From Pyrodictium abyssi (GTDB lineage: Archaea; Thermoproteota; Thermoprotei_A; Sulfolobales; Pyrodictiaceae), in contig NZ_AP028907.1 of assembly GCF_036323395.1 (NCBI RefSeq), positions 1,440,001 to 1,472,000 on the forward strand: a stretch of 32,000 nucleotides of DNA. The letters run 5' to 3'. Within the stretch, counting starts at the first letter, position 1. Each line of letters starts with the position of its first letter. Of this stretch, positions 18,886-27,606 are shown in pieces. The notes under the pieces were generated by a model. That model ran no database searches, had not been told where the DNA came from, and saw nothing but the letters and a program-made list of their open reading frames with translations. Made by a program: the position numbers and the translations under genes.

Positions 18886-19455
18886 ATGAGGATAGATAAG
18901 GAGAAGATAGAGCAGGCGGTGCGCCTCATACTAGAAGCGATCGGGGAGAATCCGGAGAGAGAAGGCCTCAAGGATACTCCGCGCCGTGTAGCCGAGATGT
19001 TCGAGGAAATTCTCTCGGGCTACAAGGATAATGAAGAGTATACGTGGTTTACGGAGACCAGTGACCTAGTAGTAGTCTCGGGTATAAGGTTCTATAGTCT
19101 CTGTGAGCACCACATACTACCGTTCTTTGGTGTAGCCCACGTAGCGTATCTGCCGAGGGGCCGTGTCATAGGTCTTTCAAAGGTCGTCCGTATAGTGAAC
19201 AAGTATGCTAGGAGGCTGCAGATACAGGAGCGCATGACACAGCAGATAGCCGAGGAGGTTTCCAGAGCCACCGGTTCTCCGGACGTAATGGTCGTTACCG
19301 AGGCTGTACACCTGTGCATGGCTATGCGCGGCGTGCGGACTCCAGCACCTACAGTTGTCGCTGCCGTACGTGGAGCCTTCGCCACGCGGAGCAGCCTTAA
19401 AGACGAGGTCTACCGGATAATAGAGCCTCATAGGTTTAAGGGGTTCCCGCTCTGA
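18886..19455 (+). CDS. folE: GTP cyclohydrolase I
   Basis: [57 protein letters not shown] and CMAMRGVR. Confidence 0.96.
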   Translation: MRIDKEKIEQAVRLILEAIGENPEREGLKDTPRRVAEMFEEILSGYKDNEEYTWFTETSDLVVVSGIRFYSLCEHHILPFFGVAHVAYLPRGRVIGLSKVVRIVNKYARRLQIQERMTQQIAEEVSRATGSPDVMVVTEAVHLCMAMRGVRTPAPTVVAAVRGAFATRSSLKDEVYRIIEPHRFKGFPL

Positions 19456-19891
19456 AGCGGCGCACGACCTCGTAGAGAGCCATGGCCAGCGATGCAGCCA
19501 CATTGTAGCTCATACCCTGCACCGCTGTGGGGATTTTTGCTACAACTATTGGCTTTTCTAACGAGTCCAGTACGTGCCGGGGCACGCCGTAGTCTTCTGC
19601 CCCGATGATTACTGCTACTTTATCTCCATCAATCTCTATTTCATGTAAGTACCTGTCGCCATAGGTTTCTAGCACTGTGTATACTGCATCACCTATACTG
19701 TTTACAGCCTCAGCCATACTCTGGACTATTTTTAGTCGTGTACGTGCCCTATACTGTAGCATCTCAAGTTTATAGTCTACGCCTGGCCGCGGTATCACGT
19801 AGAGATTTGCGCGGAGAGAAGCGGCTAGAGCTGCGACATCGTGTAGATTCTGGGGGTTCTTAGGATGGTAGAATACAACATTAATCTCCAT
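19436..19891 (-). CDS. SpoU/TrmH-like SPOUT RNA methyltransferase family protein
   Basis: [18 protein letters not shown]...[25 protein letters not shown] matches the SpoU knot motifs. Confidence 0.8.
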   Translation of the reverse strand: MEINVVFYHPKNPQNLHDVAALAASLRANLYVIPRPGVDYKLEMLQYRARTRLKIVQSMAEAVNSIGDAVYTVLETYGDRYLHEIEIDGDKVAVIIGAEDYGVPRHVLDSLEKPIVVAKIPTAVQGMSYNVAASLAMALYEVVRRFRAGTP

Positions 19892-20719
19892 GTGGTAGTC
19901 ACCACCCCTCCATCGCTGTTCGACGCGGCCGTGCTTGCACGTACACTATACACAGCCCTAGGGACCCGGGGCTGGAGGCTCACCATTATAGGTATGGGTA
20001 GGAAGCTGCCTATGAAGCTGATAAGCGAGTCACGGCTACCGGTAAGCGTCGCCAAGGCTAACATATCAACGGAGCTTGATTCGGAGCCCGCCGGGCCAGT
20101 GTACATAGTTGACAGTAGGGGCGAGCCAGCGTGGAGACTCGACCCCCCTAGGACTATAATAATCGACTATGGTGGCGCCTTCGCGTCGGGGTTCCATGAT
20201 GCCAGGAGGGTGAGGGGGCTTGGCGTACCCAGCCTAACCTATGAAGCCATTACCCTGATCTACGAGTTCTTTATCAGGAGGAGTAGCTGGAGGCCTGACT
20301 ACAGCAAAGCGTTCTCAAGGGATGTACGGAGCGGCCTATATCTGGCCAGAAAGATTCTTGAAGCCATACAAGTCTTCGATAATTATGTCGTGCTGGAGCC
20401 TAGCGTGGTAGCGTTCACGATTCGCCGAGTCTATATGAACAAGGGACTGGCTGTGGACCCGATAAAGGCTGATGTAGAGATAGACGTGGTTGAGGGTAAG
20501 GTGCACCAGCGCATAGTTCTCAAGGCTTACTCTATGCGCGGCCTACGCGATGCCGGGGATATAGAGGTTGTATTCGACGGCGAAACCGTAGAGATACATG
20601 ACAGGGACGGCCTAGCTTATCGCATTGTTATAGACGCGTATAGGCGTATTGCGTGTAGCGCGCCCAGCCTATGTACAGGCAGGGAAGAAGAGAGCCTCAC
20701 AATCCCGACACTCGGCTAG
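19865..20719 (+). CDS. Hypothetical protein, up to 284 aa; alternative GTG start at 19892
   Basis: Long protein-like ORF. Confidence 0.65.
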   Translation: MVEYNINLHVVVTTPPSLFDAAVLARTLYTALGTRGWRLTIIGMGRKLPMKLISESRLPVSVAKANISTELDSEPAGPVYIVDSRGEPAWRLDPPRTIIIDYGGAFASGFHDARRVRGLGVPSLTYEAITLIYEFFIRRSSWRPDYSKAFSRDVRSGLYLARKILEAIQVFDNYVVLEPSVVAFTIRRVYMNKGLAVDPIKADVEIDVVEGKVHQRIVLKAYSMRGLRDAGDIEVVFDGETVEIHDRDGLAYRIVIDAYRRIACSAPSLCTGREEESLTIPTLG

Positions 20720-20781
20720 GAACCTCCTAAGAGTATCGCGAAACGAGTAGAGCACCTTTGTCGCAACTATGGCTTCTACGC

Positions 20782-21012
20782 CTATTCTGCTAGCTGGTCT
20801 ATTATTCCAGCTTGTCTTAGCGTTTCTAGAGTCTCGCGTAGACTCTCACGGATCAATGCACCGATTACTCTACACGCTGTTATATACGGCGCTTCTACAC
20901 CAACGTCCAGCAGTATGCTCTTGATGATCCTTAAAGTGGCTCTATCTAAGCCCACACATAGGGGCGACGGCTGCGCAGGCACAACTACGACTAAGGGCTG
21001 CCCCTTGAGCAT
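20782..21012 (-). CDS. Small hypothetical protein, 76 aa
   Basis: MLKGQPLVVVVPAQPSPLCVGLDRATLRIIKSILLDVGVEAPYITACRVIGALIRESLRETLETLRQAGIIDQLAE has protein-like alternating strand and helix character. Confidence 0.5.
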   Translation of the reverse strand: MLKGQPLVVVVPAQPSPLCVGLDRATLRIIKSILLDVGVEAPYITACRVIGALIRESLRETLETLRQAGIIDQLAE

Positions 21013-21296
21013 GAAAGCTAGTACGAAGCACTTGTCTCCTCTACATTCTGCTCTGTATATAGCTGCTGCTTGAGGTACGTCGTCCCCTTCATCCTTCCTT
21101 CGCCATATTATGGGGGCCGTTTCCGCGCCACCCCTCTATGACGCTTCGCCCAGCGAGCCCGCTTAAGGATAGGCTATTAGGGCTACTCGACTCAGCTCCC
21201 TAACCCCTGGGTAGTAATGCCCTAATGGACATCTAGTATGGGCGTCCAAACTGTGCATGGGCCGGTGAGCGGCTCACGCAGAACTGACCCGGATGC

Positions 21297-21620
21297 GTGA
21301 TGACGCTCGGGCATAGGCGAGGCCCACACCGCATAGAAGGGGTGCCACGCATGCCTACGAGATGGCTTACCACTGAGACCCTAGTTAAGCTTGTAAAGAG
21401 GCTTCGAGAACGCTGGCCTGGAGCCGAGGTTGAGAAGATAGTTCAGAAGAGGAACAAGCAGATCCTCTACATAAGAATCGAGGGGAGAATGGTTAAGCTA
21501 ATAGTGTACCGTGATGGAAGGGTAAGAGCCTTTGGGGAGCCTGAGGGCGTTGCCTTGGCGCTAAGAAACATTGCCGAAAGGGTGCTAGGTGTTGGAGAGC
21601 ATAGAGCCTCGGAGGGCTAG
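21297..21620 (+). CDS. Small hypothetical protein; likely start is the ATG near 21351
   Basis: MPTRWLTTETLVKLVKRLRERWPGAEVEKIVQKRNKQILYIRIEGRMVKLIVYRDGRV is protein-like. Confidence 0.55.
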   Translation: MMTLGHRRGPHRIEGVPRMPTRWLTTETLVKLVKRLRERWPGAEVEKIVQKRNKQILYIRIEGRMVKLIVYRDGRVRAFGEPEGVALALRNIAERVLGVGEHRASEG

Positions 21621-22338
21621 GGAGACACAGAGACAGAGAATAGACGCCGCTATGGAGGCTCTCTCTAAGCTCCTACGCGACGAGGTATCCGACCGTAGGA
21701 AGGCTGTTAAACTCCTTGAGGAAGTCTACAAGGGCAAGGCTATCCAGCCTCTAAGGGGTAAGGCTTGGCCGGAGGATATCTGGGACAAAGAAATGGCAAC
21801 ACTCTACGTGATAGCGAAGTACGCACTGGTTCTTGACGAGGAGAATCCTGACTTCTTCCACAAGCTCTTCAACTACGAGGAGACGCTAGAAGAGACTGCT
21901 AACATTGTTAGAGAGCGCCCGGTCGAGGAGGCACGCAAGCTCGCGTTGTTCATGCTCGGCGGGAATATAGATGATAATACTGTCGCAAGACTGTTGAGAG
22001 TGATTACCACCGCTGTAGTCATGGGGTTTAAAGGCGAGAACGAGCTAATAGAACTGCTACGTAAGCTGGGCAAGGTGTTCCCAGAGCAAGAGCGCACTGT
22101 TAGAAAGTATGCACGCTACTTTATAGCGCTGAGAGTCGCCCAGGCAATAGCTGCAGGGCTTATACGCTCACGCATAGATAAGGAGGCGTTCAAGCAGGCC
22201 CTCGCAGCAAAGATAGGCCTTGAGAAGATAATGCCGGACGACGAGTACATCGCGTTCATAGCCTCTACTGTCTTTGAGGTTCCTCGTAAAAGGCTTCAGA
22301 GGATCCTAAGCATAGGGGAGGAAAGGAAACGCAAGTAA
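21589..22338 (+). CDS. Hypothetical helical protein, 249 aa
   Basis: Strongly coding composition. The start overlaps the upstream ORF by about 32 nt, suggesting co-transcription. Confidence 0.75.
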   Translation: MLESIEPRRARETQRQRIDAAMEALSKLLRDEVSDRRKAVKLLEEVYKGKAIQPLRGKAWPEDIWDKEMATLYVIAKYALVLDEENPDFFHKLFNYEETLEETANIVRERPVEEARKLALFMLGGNIDDNTVARLLRVITTAVVMGFKGENELIELLRKLGKVFPEQERTVRKYARYFIALRVAQAIAAGLIRSRIDKEAFKQALAAKIGLEKIMPDDEYIAFIASTVFEVPRKRLQRILSIGEERKRK

Positions 22339-22369
22339 GAGCCCATCAGCCGCGGGTTCATAGCCCATC

Positions 22370-22388
22370 GCCCCGGGGGTCCCGGGGC
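22370..22388. repeat. Perfect GC-rich inverted repeat
   Basis: GCCCCGGG-GGT-CCCGGGGC, 8-bp stem with 3-nt loop, between a + gene end and a - gene end. Confidence 0.8.
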
Positions 22389-22457
22389 TAGCCCCTTGTA
22401 AGCCTCATCACGTAACCACAGTGCTGCCAAGTGTACTGCGCTATTATCTCGCGTAGC

Positions 22458-23822
22458 TTAGAGCCCTTTCTCTCTTTCCACGCGCTTTATCTCATCTATT
22501 ATAGCCTCTATGGCGTTCATCAGTGCCTCCTCGTCTATTGTCAGCGGCGGTGCTATACGTATAGTAGAGACGCCTGCACCTATTACTAGGTAGCCACGCT
22601 TGAACAGCCTCAAGAGTATCTCGCCTAGCTCCTTACTAGCCGGCTCCTTTGTCTCACGACTTCTCACAAGCTCTACACCTATCATCAACCCCTTACCACG
22701 TACGTCGCCTATCATCTTGGTCTCGTCCATAGCTTCTACCAGGCGCTTTACCACCTTTTCTCCAAGCCTTGCCGCGCGCTCGCATAGTTTTTCTCTACGG
22801 ATATAGTCTATCACCGCCAGAGCTGCCACCGCCGACACCGGGTTGCCTCCGAAGGTTGACGCATGACCACCTGGCTTAATGCTCATCACGCGCTCGCTTC
22901 CTATGACCGCGCCGAGGGGTAGCCCACCTGCTATGGCCTTAGCTGTGGCCACCACATCTGGCTTTACCCCCCAGTTTTCTATGGCAAACCACTTACCGGT
23001 TCGGCAGAAGCCCGACTGCACCTCGTCGGAGACCAGTAGTATCCCATGTCTACGGGCGAGCTTCTCTAGCTCCGGGAAGAAGTTATCAGGTGGCACTATG
23101 TAGCCGCCTTCCCCCTGTATAGGCTCGAACACGAAGGCGGCTACTTCTGACGGGTCCACTAGCTTGCCGAATATCCACTCCTCTATGTAGCCTATTACGC
23201 GCTCGCCACACTCTCTAGGGTCGTCCACAGCGAAGGGGCACCGGTACGGGTAGGGGTATGGCACATGCACCACGCTGGGTAAGAGTGGTGAGAAACCATA
23301 CCTCTGGACAGCCTTACTCGCTGTGAGGGACACCGCCCCCATTGTTCTGCCGTGGAAGGCGCCGAGGAATGCTATGATGTACTGTCTACCGGTAGAATAC
23401 CTCGAAACCTTTATCGACGCCTCTATGCTCTCGGCTCCGCTATTAGTAAAGAACACCTTAGCGGGCTTCTTGACCGGCACTATCTCTACAAGCTTCTCCG
23501 CGAGTACCACTGCCTCCTCGTAGTAGAAGTCCGTGAGGCTATAGTGTATTAGTTTACGCAGCTGAGCTGTCGCTGCCTCCACCACTGCTGGATTGCTCGA
23601 GCCAACATTCAGTACTCCGAGGCCGGAGTTGAGGTCTATGTACATGTTTCCGTCGGCATCATACACTACGTAGTCCTCAGCGCGCTCGACTACCAGTGGA
23701 TACCATCTGGCAAAGCTCTGCATGATGTACTTATGGTCCTTCTCTATTATCTCTCTGGCCCTAGGGCCTGGAGGCTCAACTATTATCCGTGGAGACGTTA
23801 CCCTAGCCCTCGTGCCTGCCAT
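22458..23822 (-). CDS. Class III PLP-dependent aminotransferase (4-aminobutyrate/acetylornithine type); track start at 23897 is probably too early
   Basis: NSGAESIEASIKVSRYSTGRQYIIAFLGAFHGRTMGA, EPIQGEGGYIVPP, LLVSDEVQSGFCRTG, ATAKAIAGGLPLGAVIG; ATG at 23822 (MAGTRARV). Confidence 0.94.
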   Translation of the reverse strand: MAGTRARVTSPRIIVEPPGPRAREIIEKDHKYIMQSFARWYPLVVERAEDYVVYDADGNMYIDLNSGLGVLNVGSSNPAVVEAATAQLRKLIHYSLTDFYYEEAVVLAEKLVEIVPVKKPAKVFFTNSGAESIEASIKVSRYSTGRQYIIAFLGAFHGRTMGAVSLTASKAVQRYGFSPLLPSVVHVPYPYPYRCPFAVDDPRECGERVIGYIEEWIFGKLVDPSEVAAFVFEPIQGEGGYIVPPDNFFPELEKLARRHGILLVSDEVQSGFCRTGKWFAIENWGVKPDVVATAKAIAGGLPLGAVIGSERVMSIKPGGHASTFGGNPVSAVAALAVIDYIRREKLCERAARLGEKVVKRLVEAMDETKMIGDVRGKGLMIGVELVRSRETKEPASKELGEILLRLFKRGYLVIGAGVSTIRIAPPLTIDEEALMNAIEAIIDEIKRVEREKGL

Positions 23823-23901
23823 TCTCGGACCCACAGAGACTAGCCCATTATCAGCTTTAAAGACCCAGCTGCTGAACCGGCTTGACGGGGGTAGCACGGG
23901 T

Positions 23902-24216
23902 TTGAGCGGGGAAGCTGCGAAGGTCTACACTGGGCTAATACTGGGCTATAGGCTCGGCTCCAACACGCAGTATGAGAACCAGGTGCTGATAAGAGTCGAT
24001 GGGATAGCCGACTCCAACAAGGCTGCCCAGCTCATAGGCTGGCGTGTACTCTACCGCGATAACAAGGGCAACGAGTACCGTGGCAAGATAGTAAGGGTCC
24101 ATGGCAACAAGGGTGTAGTTATAGCCGTATTCAAGCCGAACTTGCCAGGTCAGGCTAGAGGCGGTAACGTCTACATATACCCACGCGGCGTACAGCTGGT
24201 TTTTGAGACGCAGTAA
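23902..24216 (+). CDS. rpl35ae: Ribosomal protein eL33 (L35Ae)
   Basis: KVYTGLILGYRLGSNTQYENQVLIRVDG...NKGNEYRGKIVRVHGNKGVVIAVFKPNLPGQARGGNVYIYP; TTG start at 23902. Upstream residues in the track ORF are antisense to the aminotransferase start. Confidence 0.9.
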   Translation: MSGEAAKVYTGLILGYRLGSNTQYENQVLIRVDGIADSNKAAQLIGWRVLYRDNKGNEYRGKIVRVHGNKGVVIAVFKPNLPGQARGGNVYIYPRGVQLVFETQ

Positions 24217-24320
24217 AGGCCGTACTATAGGATAGGGCCCAGCAACCGAAAAACTTCAAAACGTCATGGCGGCTCCGAGTATTAGATGCTGTTCTCCGCC
24301 TCCTAGCACACTAGCCGGGA

Positions 24321-24764
24321 CTATATCCTCCCCACGTCTACATTGATTATGTACTGCGGGTACACATCACTGCTGCCATCCAGTTTGCGGAGATACTTGG
24401 CCAGCGCGGAGGGCCGGAAGTTATCTACATCAAGCTCGTCCGGCCTAACCCAGCGGAGCTTAAGGTGCTCCTCTCTAGGCTTTATCTCGGCGTCTCCAAG
24501 GCTACAGATAAAGTAGAAGCCTATCTCATGTACTATCCCGCTCCGCCGCCGATAGAAGGACTCGACTATGAAGGCTAGCTTAGCCTCACCTATGTCGGAT
24601 ATACCTAGCTCTTCTCGTAGCTCTCTTTGGAGCCCTTGTAGCACGGTCTCTTCCGGTCTTACCCGGCCGCCTGGTAGTCTGTAGAAGTCGCCTTTCTTAC
24701 TTAGTTGAACGAGGATAAGCCCATCCCGCATTATTATGCAACGCGCCGTCACTCTGAATAGCAT
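24321..24764 (-). CDS. NUDIX hydrolase
   Basis: Nudix box GGRVRPEETVLQGLQRELREELGI. Confidence 0.95.
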   Translation of the reverse strand: MLFRVTARCIIMRDGLILVQLSKKGDFYRLPGGRVRPEETVLQGLQRELREELGISDIGEAKLAFIVESFYRRRSGIVHEIGFYFICSLGDAEIKPREEHLKLRWVRPDELDVDNFRPSALAKYLRKLDGSSDVYPQYIINVDVGRI

Positions 24765-24900
24765 TACCGAGCCCCGGACTTAAGGGCGGAATAGAGAGAC
24801 TTGAATATTAATTTGCACGATTCACGTTATCGCCAGTCCTAGTCTACTGGGCTATGCCGCTTTAATCTAAGTTATACGGGTTGGCGAGGTACAGGGTTAG

Positions 24901-25674
24901 CTACGCTCCAGGTATGACTATTGGGGCTTCTACGCGGTCACCCAGTTCGCGGCTCTCGGCTGAGAGTATGTACGCAGTTTCCGCATCCTCGACGATAGCT
25001 ATCACATGTCTTCCGTATAGGTCGACCCCCACTGCTAATGCGTCTAGCTTCATCAAAGTGTTACGTATCCTCTGCAGCCTCTTTATACCGCTCAGGGTTG
25101 CCACTTTCTCGCCTAGCGTGTCCACGAGGGCTACGGGGTCGTCTATATTGTCGTAGGCCGCAGCCTCTAGCAGCCCTATATTGCTGTACACAGTCTCCAC
25201 AAGCCTTTCCTCGTCCAGAGGCCTTCCTAGTCTAATCGCCACCGCCCATAGCCCCGACAGGTCGTAGAGCGGCATAGTTGAGTCCTCGATGACTACTGTG
25301 CTACCCTCTAAGGATGCTATGGCTGTCTCTACACCCCATATTCTGTCGGATAGACTGTTTACTGTCACGCTACCCTCGTTTGCATAGGCGTCTGACACTA
25401 GGCGGCCGAGTATTTCTCCGAGTGCTGGGCTAGAGTAGTATAACCCACGGCCCCAGACCCTTACCTCAACGTCCTCCACCGCACCCACCGCGCCCAAGCC
25501 ACATGCTTGCGCTACGACAGGGACTTCTACAGCTACGGCTGCCCCTATGCTTACAACGCGTGGCAGTAGTGTTAGCGTCGCGTATGCCTCTACCTCTATA
25601 CAGCGTGAAACCCCGGTAGCCGTTAGTATTATCCCTGCATGGATGACGTGGCTTCTCCCCAGTGTCCCTATCAA
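24901..25674 (-). CDS. Hypothetical protein, 257 aa
   Basis: Long protein-like ORF next to mevalonate kinase; no motif I can name. Confidence 0.7.
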   Translation of the reverse strand: MIGTLGRSHVIHAGIILTATGVSRCIEVEAYATLTLLPRVVSIGAAVAVEVPVVAQACGLGAVGAVEDVEVRVWGRGLYYSSPALGEILGRLVSDAYANEGSVTVNSLSDRIWGVETAIASLEGSTVVIEDSTMPLYDLSGLWAVAIRLGRPLDEERLVETVYSNIGLLEAAAYDNIDDPVALVDTLGEKVATLSGIKRLQRIRNTLMKLDALAVGVDLYGRHVIAIVEDAETAYILSAESRELGDRVEAPIVIPGA

Positions 25675-25877
25675 GCTAGCTCCCCGTAGCGGTAGTCTTA
25701 GATGATGCTGTAGAGGCTAGATACAGAGGGGGTAGTAACACTAGGCTATATACGTGGCCATATAACAGCCATAGTAGGTGGGGCTACAATTATTGATTGC
25801 ACGCTCCACAAGCCGCTAGCAGCAGCGCACCGTGTGAAACCTTGGTACGAGGCCAGGCGCTAGAATCTCTTCACAGC

Positions 25878-26846
25878 TTACTCCAGAACCGTTACACTAA
25901 CACCTTGGACGCCTAGAGCGCCACTATACACCTGGAATCCGAGCCTACGTAGATTCTCGGCTACGGCAGCTGCCCTTTCCTTCTCTACAAGGGCTATTGC
26001 CGAGCCGCCCATGCCTGCACCAGTAAGCTTGGCTCCGAGCGCACCACTAGCCCTAGCTATGTGGACCGCTCTTTCTAGCTCAGTATGGGATACCCCCATA
26101 GCGTTTAAGAGGCCGTGTGCTACGTCCATTAACTCGCCGAGCCTTACAGCATCCCCCTTGCGTAGTGTGTGAAGAGCTTCCTCAACTATGCTCTCAGCTA
26201 ATCTGAGCAAGTCCTGTCCTATACTACCGAGTCTTTTAAGCCGGCTAGTGAATAGACTAACTGCCTTCGCAGTAGATCGCGTTACACCAGTGTCTATGAC
26301 TAGAAGCGTCACGTCACTTAGGCTCCCTACGCGTATAGCCTCGAATCCTTCCCCACGACGATACAGCAAGAACCCCCCAAAGGCTGAGACCGTGTTATCT
26401 ACACCACTCGGTGTACCGTGCACTAGCTTCTCGCTCTCATACGCGGCATTAGATACAAGCTCTGGCGTAACATCGAGGCCGCCAACACACGCATAAGCCG
26501 CCGAAGCAGAGACAGCGACCGCTGCACTACTACCAAGCCCTGCACCTACCGGTATCTCAGAGTCCACCACTATCTTGGCGGGCCACAGTACACCATCAGC
26601 TATATACTCGAAGGACCTCCTTAGGTTGCAAAACACCCTACACGATTTCGATACATCTTCCACCACACCAAGATTCCTCGATTCGACGACTAGCCCTTCC
26701 CCGAGTGGCTCAGCATGAACGCTAGAGTATAGGCCTATGGCAGAAGCTAAAGCCCGCCCCCCGTGTACTACCCAGTGCTCGCCAAAGAGTATCACTTTCG
26801 CTGGCGCCCTAGCGCGGCACTTCAAGGGGCGTATCCCTTCCCTCAT
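25878..26846 (-). CDS. mvk: Mevalonate kinase (GHMP family)
   Basis: APAKVILFGEHWVVHGGRALASAI, IPVGAGLGSSAAVAVSASAAYA, GAKLTGAGMGGSAIAL. Confidence 0.94.
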   Translation of the reverse strand: MREGIRPLKCRARAPAKVILFGEHWVVHGGRALASAIGLYSSVHAEPLGEGLVVESRNLGVVEDVSKSCRVFCNLRRSFEYIADGVLWPAKIVVDSEIPVGAGLGSSAAVAVSASAAYACVGGLDVTPELVSNAAYESEKLVHGTPSGVDNTVSAFGGFLLYRRGEGFEAIRVGSLSDVTLLVIDTGVTRSTAKAVSLFTSRLKRLGSIGQDLLRLAESIVEEALHTLRKGDAVRLGELMDVAHGLLNAMGVSHTELERAVHIARASGALGAKLTGAGMGGSAIALVEKERAAAVAENLRRLGFQVYSGALGVQGVSVTVLE

Positions 26847-27101
26847 GCTGGACTGCTATCCAGCTACACGGGGATAATTAGGCCTTAACTACACAATTAG
26901 TCTACAGAAGAAGTAGATACCCCATCGTAGCCTTAATCAAGTTTAGAGGAGCATACAGTGTGTGACCTAAGTCTTCGTTCATTTTTGTCTAGCCTGCTGC
27001 AAGAAGAGAAACTAGGGAATAACCTAGACGCTACGTACGGTACAGCGGGTAAGTGTAAAGGAAAAAGCGTAAAACGTGCTATGGTGCTTGTTTTGTCCTC
27101 G

Positions 27102-27299
27102 TTAGCTGCATATTGGGTAGTCGTCTGGCACCTTAGCGCGGAAGTACTTGCCGGTCTCTGGGCTCTTGAATAGGCCTATCTTTACGCCCTTCCTGCCCCT
27201 GGGGGCTAGCTGCCACACCTTGATGGGTACTAGCTCTACCTCCTTACCAGTAGTCGGGTCACGAACCTTCACAGCCTTCTCACAAGCCATACACAACAC
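27102..27299 (-). CDS. creN7: Cren7-family chromatin protein
   Basis: [54 protein letters not shown]. Start may be at the internal MACEKAVKV. Confidence 0.95.
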   Translation of the reverse strand: MLCMACEKAVKVRDPTTGKEVELVPIKVWQLAPRGRKGVKIGLFKSPETGKYFRAKVPDDYPICS

Positions 27300-27606
27300 A
27301 CCCCACTAAGTCCTCTTTCTCGTGTAGTAACCTTCTCTTCTACTCTTTTATAGGCTTTACGTTTAGGGCCGGTAGAGGGGTTTCCTAGCCCCCCGGCACC
27401 CGCTGGGAATACATTTGTATTACCCGGGAGCCGGGAGCCTTTGCTCCACACTAGAACCAGGCCAGTATTATCACAATACTGACTGTGGACGAGACTTTAG
27501 AGTCTCAAACCCTGTACTCGCCAGCCAACTGCTCGGTGACCGATACACGGGCTACTTAGAGAGTTTACACTAAAGCCTCCAGGGCCGCCGTAGCTCTTTT
27601 ACCCTG

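Noticed and set aside
21254-21310. Possible C/D sRNA (CTGA 21284-21287, GTGATGA 21297-21303)
   Set aside because: No D box at the expected distance after the C/C' box and no convincing upstream C box.
26958-27173. 71-aa plus-strand ORF with a hydrophobic stretch
   Set aside because: Its C-terminal third is antisense to Cren7 and it has no supporting motif or conserved context visible.
27269-27451. 60-aa minus-strand ORF upstream of Cren7
   Set aside because: Low-complexity Gly/Pro content, overlaps the Cren7 start and probable promoter; likely spurious.
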